Source: Chlorokybus atmophyticus
Taxonomy: Eukaryota; Plantae; Mesostigma and Chlorokybus algae
Assembly: GCA_009103225.1 (NCBI GenBank)
Contig: RHPI01000797.1
Location: 1,002,457 to 1,066,456, forward strand
Direction of reading: 5' to 3'
DNA length: 64,000 bases
Numbering within the stretch: the first letter of the stretch is position 1; each line of letters starts with the position of its first letter. The notes under the pieces are model-generated. The model ran no database searches. It saw only the letters and a program-made list of their open reading frames with translations, and was not told the origin of the DNA. Below are positions 33,728-47,062 of the stretch, one piece after another. A program made the position numbers and the translations under genes.

Positions 33728-36700
33728 TCAAGGCGGGGGCCAAATCACCGCCGACACGTTGGCGTCTTGCATCAGGCGTGGCGACCAAAACGGGTGAGGT
33801 TGCTTGCAGAATGGACACGCTTGTAGATTCTTTGATTTATTTGCCACAGTCTTCTGATGTGCTATGATGCAGACATGGCACATCGCTTTCTTGCAACAGG
33901 GCGTCTCCCCATCCGCTGGGGGGGGTGGCTCTTCAATGCGACAAATCAGCACACATGGTGCACGCGGGTGTGCAAGCTGCCTCTGCCACCAAACTCTGTT
34001 ATCGCGTCGCAGGCGTAGCGACTCCCATCTGAATGGCGCAGCATAACGCTCCACTGCCTGCTCGATCACCTGACGCCCATCTGCCGCCATACACCACCTG
34101 CTGGTCTTGGTGGTCTCGTCCAGCATGCGTTCATCCAGGCCCTCGACATGGCTGTCGTCACTCGTGTACTCCCCCGCATCGTCATTTTCTTCGAGCTTCC
34201 ACAGAATCAGCTCGACGTGCCGTATGACATACAGCCACTGCCAGCCAAAGCATGCCAAGTACAGCTCGAATGGTTTTACTTGCCACCCAGTATGTTTGCT
34301 CAGGTAGTGGCACACATCTCGACCCGCATTAGTCGACATCGACAGGTACATCTGCTGCAGCAGGTCGAAGTTCTGCTCCGCAGATAGCTCTTGCACATTG
34401 CCGGGGTGCTGCGGCAGCAACAACACCATCATATCGAGGACGGCGAGGGGCAACAACGTACTACGGATGGCCATATCGTGTATGGGTTCCAACCACGGCC
34501 AATCCCCAGAGGTCTGTTTAGACCGCATTCTCCGCGTTTGCTCCCACTTATTGCAAACTTTCGTCACCCACCTCGAGGCATGCCGCATGCGGTGATGCAG
34601 CGCGTCTTGGGCGTACTGTAGGGTGATCAACTCCTTTGCACTACGAGTCAGCCCCCCAAAGCGTCTGCGCGTCGGTGCTTTGAGCTTAGGCAGCTCGTGC
34701 CGCACCGGCTGTCTCTCTGGACGATGCTGAGCAGCCACTTGACGCTGTAAACCCGCCTGTGCCTACTCAGGACACACAGTCAGCCCCAGTGAGGCTTCAA
34801 GGCGCTGTGCTTCTTCTAATGTTGTAACGATGCCTCACCTTTCCTTTTTTGGTCCTGTCAGCGTCCTTTGTTCCAACAACCTTCTTCTTTTTTTTTTTGT
34901 CACCCTGCACATCCTGGCAGGCGCTCTCCGTGGCACTGTCACTCAGAGGAGGTAAGGCGTTATCTTCTTGCTCCACAGCCTTGCGCTTGTTGGTTGCCTC
35001 CCGTTCCTCCACGACCTCATGTTGCTTCATGAGGTCGAGCATGAAGCCTTTGTCTTTCAGCGCAGCTTTCAGGACACCTCGATCAATCTCTTTACCAACA
35101 AGACAGGCTGGGATCAATGTGGCAAGCTTAGAGGGAGAGGGCGAGCTACAGCTGCTTCTTGATGGAGATGCCTCCGGATGGTCAGAGTGCGGTGGCAAGT
35201 GAGTCTCCGCGGCAGGAAGGGAGGGTGCTGAATTGGGATTGCGAGCATGTGGCTGTGGTTGAGGGGAGGCAGGATGTGCAGAACACTCGGCTACTTCTTG
35301 CCTAGCACACGAAGGCGAGGCCTGAGGCGTTGGCGCAGCACTCTGGGTCACAGCCGGTGGTAGCGGGGAATTGGCAACGCCATGCCGCCACTCTCCGATC
35401 AGGTGTGTTACCTCCGGTGGCACTTCATGCATAGGCCACGACCACTGTTCGGTGCTTGCAGGCTTGAGGAGCCAAAAGTGTGCTTCTGGCTCATCAGGAG
35501 CAGTGTTGCCCACCACCAGGACTGAGTTGGGGGCTTCTTTATTCTCAACCCAAACTGCGCTGCTGGGCCGTGGCACCCACTCCCCATGCTCGCGCTGAAC
35601 GGTCACGCAGCCAATCAACAAGCTCAGCTTGTTGGCAAACATGGTCATCTGCAGGTGCTCGACATACACATCTTTTCTCCGCACGATCTGTCGCACCTTG
35701 GCCATGGCTAGGTCAATGTTGCAGTTGATATCAGCCAACATGGTCGCAGGCAGTTTGTCGTAATACTGCGCCATCTCTCCCGCGGCACCAGTGGCTCTGC
35801 AGAAGTCTAGGATTCTGCTCGCCACGCCTGCATCGACAGCCTTGGCGGTGATTTTGCGGAGAGTGTGCCCCCTGCCGTCGTCGTCCATGGTGTCCAGCAT
35901 GGCCCAAAATCTGCTCGAGCTGGGGCACTTGTGATCATCCAGGACACTTTGCGCTATGGATGGCCTGGCGCGAAATACACAATGGTAGAAGCAGTTACCA
36001 TCCGTTGGCGCATTGAAGTGGTCCCATGAGGCGAGCTGGCCACCTAGCATGACTGATGGCCGGCGGGTTGCGGCCAGCTCCTCTGATGACTCGCTGGCAG
36101 GTGGTGACCCCTGCTGCATGCGCATACAGCACTCACATGGTGTGTCCAACTGTGGACGGCAAGAGTCACAGTGACTGATAAAGTACCTGAGTTTGGGGCA
36201 GACTGCCGGCTTCAACTTGCAGCGGGTGGGGTAAGGTAGGTGCAGAAGCCACATCGGTTGTTGCATTGTGCTGTGGTCTCGCCGGTGGCGGCAAGAAGGA
36301 TTGTTGCCCCGCAATTACCGGTGCTGCTCGTGGTGGAGATGGCAGTGCACGAAGGACTGGTGCCGCGAAAGGTGGTTGCGCTCTGGCTGGGAGGGGAGCA
36401 GGAGCTGCAGGTGAGACCACTTGTGCATGCAGCAAGGGGGGCTGTATACAGGACCCAGGATAAGATGGCTCACAATGTTGCAAAGGACGAATATAAGCTT
36501 ATGCAGTGCCTGACGCATTGTTACCAAGGCACGAGCATAAAAGACAGCGACTTACCTCAATGGCCCGTGGGCTGCATGGAGCAGGGGAAGCCATGGGGGC
36601 TGACAAGGTGGTATTGGCTGCACTCCCCCCGCCACCCTCAATGGCAGACTCGTTACGGAGCTCTTGAGCCATGGGCACATCATGCGCCACTGCCCCAATG

Positions 36701-37576
36701 GACATGTCGGGATTCAACAGGCCAACATGCATGTTAAACTGATGCCGCATTGCCGCCGCGCCCATCAGCAAGTGGGATTGAAGGACCAGTTGATGGGATT
36801 GAATCCAGGCTTGCATAGGAGCTCCAACAGGACTTAGTGCACTGTGGTGCTGTCAACCAATCACATGTGGGTTAGCTGCATGCTTGCGACACTGCAATTG
36901 CAATAGTCAACTGCGTCACACCGTCATCAGTTGGTTGCTTCGAACAGTCACCTGCGGCATTGCTGGTTGATGCACGAATGATTGCATGGACTGCGTCATT
37001 GCTGGTTGATGCACTATTGGTTGAATGCCGGACGAATGGCCACGCGCTCCTGTGCTCAAACCCAGCCTACTTCGTTCGGCACGCGCGCGCGACTTTGCAC
37101 GCTCACGCACATCCTAGCATGGAAAGGTAGGCATGCATTGTAGCCGACATTGCAGTCAACATGCACAGCGAGATTGGCAACAACATACCGCCGCCCAGCT
37201 CTGTCTATCTGCTCTTGCTTCCGCAATGTCGGCTTGACTGTAGGGTGGGTATGGGTGAATAGTGGAGGCCTGCAGCCACGCTACATATATCACATGGACT
37301 GCGCTAAAAAACAAATTGCTCTTGCAAGGAAATGCATGTGACTGTTGAGCGTACCTCTGCATTCCTTTGTGCTTGTTCCCACAGCCGCAACTGGTCCCGC
37401 ATGGTTCTGACAAGGGGCTCCAAGGACTGCAGCTCCTGATCCACTCCCTGTTGCAGAAAGCGAGCCACCAAGCAGCTCTCTGTGTGAAGATGGTCTTTAA
37501 TGGCTTGCCTGCTGGTTTGTCCAATGTTGGTGATGCATGTTGGACAGCCCCATTGCTGACGCCTGCCATGATCCAT
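33728..37576 (-). CDS. Predicted multi-exon Zn-finger / OTU cysteine protease / RING-variant protein
   Basis: N-terminal CPTC..HLHTESC. OTU motifs PTDGNCFYHC and HFWLL (ORF 34797-36314). RING-like CVLIC..PCCKKAMCHVC..ACPFC (ORF 33728-34738, GTG start). In-phase introns link the exons, including AAG|gtgagg..tttacag|CGT at 34745-34838. The 5' start is uncertain. Confidence 0.7.
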
Positions 37577-37834
37577 GACGTGGCGACCGGTAGTAGCTGG
37601 CTTCGCTGCTTGAACTCTTACGACCACAACTTCTCGCAAGATGTGCCACGCCGCCGCCGCCGCCGCCGCCTCCTCCGACTCCTGGTCCTCCGCCTCCTAG
37701 TCGAACCCAGGCCCATCAAGCCTGACATTCGACCCGTCATCGACCTGGTGCCCCTGCGTGCCATCATCCGGCCATCAATGAAGCGTGTTTGGGTGAGTGC
37801 ATGCTAACTCCCATTTGGGCTGATCGAGCAATGC

Positions 37835-37990
37835 CTCTGTCGTACCATGGATGGTACGACAGAGCCATTGTACGGCAATCGCTGGGGTTGGACGAGAGAT
37901 GCCTCTGTCGTACCATAAATGTTACGACACAACCATTGGTAACAATGGTTGTACAAAGCATGCATGGCACGAATGCATAAGTCGTACCAT
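37835..37990. promoter_or_regulatory. GTAC/ATGGTAC dyad cluster 3 (divergent promoter of OTU-RING gene and orphan + gene)
   Basis: 6 GTAC in ~155 bp; perfect palindrome CTCTGTCGTACCAT-GG-ATGGTACGACAGAG at 37835-37864, with a degenerate copy near 37903-37930. Confidence 0.6.
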
Positions 37991-38172
37991 CAACCATAGG
38001 AGCAAGGACGCACTACAAGTGCGACTCTAGTGCGGGACTCTAGACGTTCAAAACCGCCTCATTTTCGTTTTCGCGCCTCGTACATTCGGGCGGGCCAACC
38101 GGCGGCGGCAGCGTTGGAGGCGGCAGCGCCACTTACAGCTAAACAGGCGGCACCCGACTATCAGTTGGAGAG

Positions 38173-39999
38173 ATGCCTCGTGGTCCATCCGTAAGTGCAC
38201 CTCGTCGTGGAGGTCGGCGCCAGTTGTCCACATTGCCCCCAGTGTTCAACCAGGCAACCGTCGCCAACCAATCGCAGCAAGACCCCGCGCTAACGCCCAG
38301 CACATCACAACAACTCCACCTGACACCGCAGTCGCAAGGGCAAGCTAGACTGCATGCGTTCTTGATGCACTGTGCACGTTGCTTCTTGCTCAACTTCTAA
38401 CTTGGATGCTTGCTTCTATCATGACTAGCACAGTGACTCACTGCATGCGTTCTGGATACACTGTGCACGTTGTTCTTCTTTTGCAACTGTGAGGGTTGCA
38501 TCTTTCATGGCTGGCAGCATGACTCATGTGGTTGTGCTTGCAGAGGGTCGATTGGAACCCCCAACCCAAACGCATTTGGCCGTGACGTGGCAACCTCGGC
38601 CGTCAGCAACCCTTCCCCAAGCAAGTGGAAGATTGGCAACGAGGTAAGCACTGTGCGACACTGTGACACTGTGTGTATGTGTGTAACGGATTGTTCTTCT
38701 GTGGACAGCATTTGCGAGATGCCGTCGTTGAAATCATAAACGGCCACTGGGTAGAGAGCCACGTTTATCCCAAGGAGGACACTATTCGTAACGTCATGTG
38801 TCAGGTGCTGTGAATGCTTCATGACCGCACTGCACCGTGACACTGACCAACCTGCCCGTGACAGGTAGTTGGCTTCGACCATGACGACGAGGCCGATGCG
38901 GCCAAGTTCTATGAGGTGTACTGGACTCCCAAGGAGTGCCCCTTCCACTGGAGTGTCGCCCTGAAGAAAGCTACGCAGGTCCGGTCTGAGAACGTCACCA
39001 AGATCAAGCATGTCCTTGAGAAGGAGTACAAGTGGACACTGTTTAACAGCAACAAGCGCAAGTGAGTTGGGTCCCTCACCACCATGTCTGCTATGCAACA
39101 CTGCCTTCTTACTCAGCCTCCATACACACGTACTCATCTCGCCTATTGTAACCGATTCAATCAGGCACATCGACGCCCTAATGGACCCCGAGACCCAAAA
39201 AGCCCAGATGCGCAACGCGCTCCAAAGTAAGTCACAGGCACTATTCTAGCCTGGTGCAGGCTCAACTTAAACTATCTATTTCGTGCCTAATGCCTTGTCG
39301 GTATGACTGTCGCAGACAAATCATGGCGGAGATTTGAGGTGACCGACACTGCAGACCCGGAGCGGAGGAGATACATCCATGAATGGGGCAATCCCATAAT
39401 CTGGCAAATGATCGTGCAATGCTGGTCTTACGCCGTCACTACACCTGGTCGCCGGCAGCTGACAGTCAACCACCTCGCATACCTGTTGCTTACGGTGAGC
39501 ACTCTGAACTCCATCATTAGCAATTCAGGAATGCTGTAGCCCCAAACTACAGGCTTGCAGACGCGTTGCAGTGAATAGTGGCTTTCGATGCCACTAAGAC
39601 ATGCCTGTAACTACGCAGGTGGAGCGCATCCTAAAGGGCAAGGATGGAGACCCTCTCCTAGCTGCCAGCATAGACACACATGAAGAGTACCTCAGCGAAA
39701 TCAACACCATGATTATGTCAATAAAGCGGGAGATGAGGCAACGGTACGCAGCCCTCCAGCCATTCACCCTTGTGAAACGCCGCACTGCATCTTGTGTCGA
39801 ATACCTGAAAGATCCCAATCGGCGCCGGTCGCAAGAGACAGCAGCTCGTGACCCGCTCGCTGAGGCAGAAGCGGCATTTGATTGGCTGGCACAACCGTTT
39901 GAGGAGGAAGAGCAAGCTCCGGCGTCTCCTCCACAGGCCCCAGCGCGTGGTGCTTTGTTCCGTAATGACGAGACCAGCGATGATGGAGAGGAGCTGTAG
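38173..39999 (+). CDS. Orphan multi-exon protein inside the putative transposon
   Basis: GT-AG exons: ..SPSKWKIGNE / HLRDAVVEIINGHWVESHVYPKEDTI / VVGFDHDDEADAAKFYEVYW..KEYKWTLFNSNKR / ..YIHEWGNPIIWQMIVQCW..NHLAYLLLT / VERILKGK..NDETSDDGEEL*. Confidence 0.6.
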
Positions 40000-40393
40000 C
40001 GCAGTTGGTAGTCCGTTTAGCTGGTAGTGTACATAGCTACAAAGCTCTTATGACTGAGTGTTGTGCATCTTAAACCAGCTCAGTCAATCGTCATTATGCT
40101 CATGCACATCAATACTTGCATCCCTATGATATACAACAGATCTGCATTCGAGTCACATAATCGAACTACAAGCCTTGGCAAGTGACTGAGAGACACTGTA
40201 CACATTTCAGGTACATGCACACAGCACAGGCACATAACAATGCTGGAAGTCAGTGACAGTCGCGTGTAGTCAAGCTATGCAAATACATATGACGACAGTT
40301 AGGCATTGGTCACCTTCAGTTGTTAAAGAATGCCTTATTTTGTCGATAATTACCTAGTTGGTGCTTGTGAATTAGGCTTAGTCGCCTGCGCTG

Positions 40394-40657
40394 GACTGGT
40401 GTGTAACCTGCAGGTGCCTGTCACATAGGCTGAGTCACCTAGGTAAGACTGATGTGTAACTTACAGGTGCCCGTTGATTAGTTGTAGTCACCTAATAAGG
40501 CCTGATGTGTGACTAACAGTTGCCTGTAAATTACACAAAGTCATTTGTTAAGGCCTGGTGTGTAACTCACAGGTGCCTGTAAATTATATAACGTCACCTG
40601 TTAAGGCCTGATAGGTAACTGACAGGCGCCTGTTAGTTAGGCATAGTCAACTGTTAA
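40394..40657. repeat. Degenerate tandem array, 5 x ~53 bp
   Basis: Consensus ~GGCCTGATGTGTAACTCACAGGTGCCTGTAAATTA..AGTCACCTGTTAA; the units contain ACAGGTG and its reverse complement CACCTGT. Confidence 0.85.
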
Positions 40658-41386
40658 AGGCTAAATTGTAACAAAAAGGGCCTTACAGTAACGAAAGTTA
40701 CTATCAGGTCCCTGTATCAAGATTACAGGTGGCCTGAGCCACGACAGTCTAAATTAGCGTCCTCAGGTGCACGGCCGTTGCCTTTATTTAGTCGGCCGGC
40801 AGGGAAAACATATTGCGACGACGTGATGATCATAAATTGTTCGACGCAATGCAGACTACATGATGTAGAACAACTTACGAAATCACATATAACTAATCAA
40901 CTGTGTATGGTATCGTTTGCATGTGATCATATTTTGAAGTAGGGAAATGTTTTTGCAATATGTTACCATACCTCAACGAGCTAATGTAATTGTGATACAA
41001 TTCTAGTACAATCATTGTAGGCGTGCTTAAATGTGTGCAACAAGCTTCAAAAAGTGCGATAGCATTATCAACCATATGCTTTGCATGCTTGCACTTGCAT
41101 CATCAATTATCGCACCGTAAGTTGCGGTTCGTAACCAATGAAACTTCAACATACACATCCCTTTGTTGAACACTTTGTCCATCAGCACGCATGCATTGGT
41201 TGGTTGGTTGCATCCTTCTGGGAAGGTCATCAAAAGGACACCCACTCAATAATCAACCGACAGTCGACAACAATGCGCAGCCAACTAGTGGTGTTTATGC
41301 CTAGTGGCACCGGCAACAACTTAGCAGGCTTTTCACAGGTCAGAGTAGGACCCAACCCGACACGAATCGGTTGTCGATAGCCCAGC

Positions 41387-44703
<3,317 letters not shown>

Positions 44704-46354
44704 GGCTGCAACTGTCGTCGTAGGCTGCCTCCTAGCCAACGCACCCAATGCAGACTGAAACCCTAATCTCAGCTGCCTCCGCCTGCTGCACCGCCCAGCA
44801 GCAACAACCTCCGCTTTAGCCTGAGCAGTCAGCCTCTGCTTCACCTGCGAGCAGCACCCAGTACCACCAGTGGCTAGTGCCAATCGCGCCCGTAATGCAA
44901 CTCCCAGACAAACAGCAGCGCTCATGCCCCCGCCGACACCTCCCGCTACTTCGCCGCGCCCGCCACGGCCGCCGCCGCAGTGACCCTTACGTTAGAATCG
45001 GCTGATATGCAACAAAGCCCTAACGTTAGCTCGACCACCTCGATCCCGATGGCGCCAAGCCACTGAACTCGTTTCGCTTCGAAACAGGGTCCAGGTCACA
45101 TGACTCTGCGGCTTCCAAAAGCAGTGCGAGTTTTAGGGTTGGATTGTGGAGTGCTGAAGATTTTTGCCCTTTGGTTGTCCCCCTTTTGTTCATCGCTGTT
45201 TATTTTCTTGCTCTGCGAGCAGCACAGCAACAACAACAACAAGTGCTGCTGATTGTGTGTGGGCATCACTAAGGGCCAGGGCTTGTGAGTGTGCTGTGGT
45301 CTGTTAGCACGATGGTTGTGGCGGCGTTCAGTGCACGGTCACCTGGGCTCAACGTCCACCGCTTTGTTGTGGTATGTGCTAGCAGACACAAGACGCACGT
45401 ACGCACACACACACACATGCACACAACACACACATATACACGCGCACAAACAGGCGCGCACAAACACGCACAGGCACGCAAGCATAATCTGGCACAAGTA
45501 TACAAGCGTAGGGGAATGTTATATGAGTGATAAACCGACTAGCGTCACAACGAGTGAACCTTACGCACAAGTGCTAATATAAATCATCAATTATGATGTG
45601 CAGGCTTCAGAAAAGCATGCAGAATGCGTCGAACACGACCAGCAGTAAGTTTGCTTGCTGAATTGGGGTCTGGTTTTGGTGCATCATTGAATTGTGCTGC
45701 TTCTGTACGTCATCGATACTGTGACTTTGCTGCCAATACCTGAGCGGATTGCGTTAAAGGATACACACATCTGCCAATCAATAATGCTACAACAGGATCA
45801 AAGCTGTTGCAAGAGTGAGCGAATGGCATGAGCGAGTCTTCCAAAGCAACGGGCAGGCAAGTAGAAGCAACCAAAACTATGGCACAACTTGACATAGAGT
45901 GAGTTACAGGTCGATGGTATACTTTGATGTTTGGTGGAATCTTTATTGGTATGTGTTTGCAGCCACTCCGAGTGCTGCGCAGCGGCCCGCTCACAGCCGT
46001 CTCTGCAGAGATGCAGTCGCGCGACAAGTAAGCAGTGTTGCTGTCGTTGTTGTTGTTGCTGTTGTTGGCATGGCATGGACGATGCCATTGACATCTTAGA
46101 GTCAGATACCCACGCTCAACTGCATGCAGTGGGCCTGTGCGCCCTTGAACTGGAATGCATGCACACTTGGCACTTGAACCAGTCGGAAGCATAATTGCTC
46201 TTGAACCACAGATACGAATGCACGCCCGCAAGCACACATGCGCACATGAGCGCACGCACGCACGCATACGCAGACACACAAACACGCAAGTCCTCACACA
46301 GACACCCACGCATAAGCATGCATATATGCACTCATGCACTGTTTTTTCCCACAG

Positions 46355-46619
46355 GCAAGGTACGGAGAGGCGGTTGGAGCACGAGGCGCAGACGGCCCGG
46401 CGCAGGGCGCAGCTACGGGACCTCCTCCAGGCCGAGGCCGCCAGGTGAGAGGAAAATGTATCTTGCGTACTTCAGCTTTATGTTGGCTTGTCTGCCAGCT
46501 TGCATGCCACCTTGAAACAATCCATGAATGTGACTAGCATAGTCAACTCCACCTCTGATGTTAGGTATGAGGCGGAGTTGAGCGCGCGGGGCCTGGCGAT
46601 AGCCAAAGACAGGGAGTAG
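46355..46619 (+). CDS. Last two exons of a small coiled-coil protein resembling ciliary CFAP141; 5' exons (~45.3-46.1 kb) not resolved
   Basis: QGTERRLEHEAQTARRRAQLRDLLQAEAAR|YEAELSARGLAIAKDRE* fits the recalled CFAP141/C1orf189 C-terminal pattern R.A.L..L...E...Y..EL...G.A. Confidence 0.45.
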
Positions 46620-47062
46620 AGAGGATGGACTCCCATAGCAACACGCATGCTTAGGTAGTTGTAGAATTGTCGTCATAGCGGTGTTCGTACAGTTCGTACA
46701 GTGTATAAGTTTGACTGTCCTGTTGAAGGTGGAGCAGTGCATACAGCGTCAACCTATGCTATTAACTTCTGTAAACCCGACTAGATAAGTCAGCAGGCAG
46801 TGTCTGTTACGCTAGGACTCTGATGTTGTTCTGGCATCATACCCTATTGACGCATTGGGCAATACACAAGCAAGCCAACACTCCTTCAATCTCTGTGTTT
46901 CTCTCATGTGGATTGAGACTCAAAGCCTTGCAATTGGAAAATATGTACATGACCGTTGATGGAATTGCAGAAAATGTCCTGGAAAATGTGCAGCAATACC
47001 TACTCTCGGCCAGTGACATAAACAACTATACCCATCCACCCGTCACCGTTGATAATACACTA

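Larger units (their letters stand above)
26226..40704. mobile_element. Large cargo-carrying Plavaka-type DNA transposon (~14.5 kb; boundaries approximate)
   Basis: Transposase plus four tightly packed non-housekeeping genes sharing a promoter dyad motif. Short repeats near 26250-26330 and a 53-bp array at 40394-40657. Only a weak TIR candidate (ATAGTAACcgTCG at 26226 vs CGAaaGTTACTAT at 40692); no TSD found. Confidence 0.6.

Noticed and set aside
40394-40657. CRISPR-like array
   Set aside because: No constant repeat with unique spacers, no cas genes, eukaryotic context; it is a degenerate minisatellite.
24193-40781. CACGGCCGT as CACTA-like TIR (24193, ~26375 inverted, ~40770)
   Set aside because: Orientations do not bracket the transposase, no matching TSD, and the core is a short palindrome.
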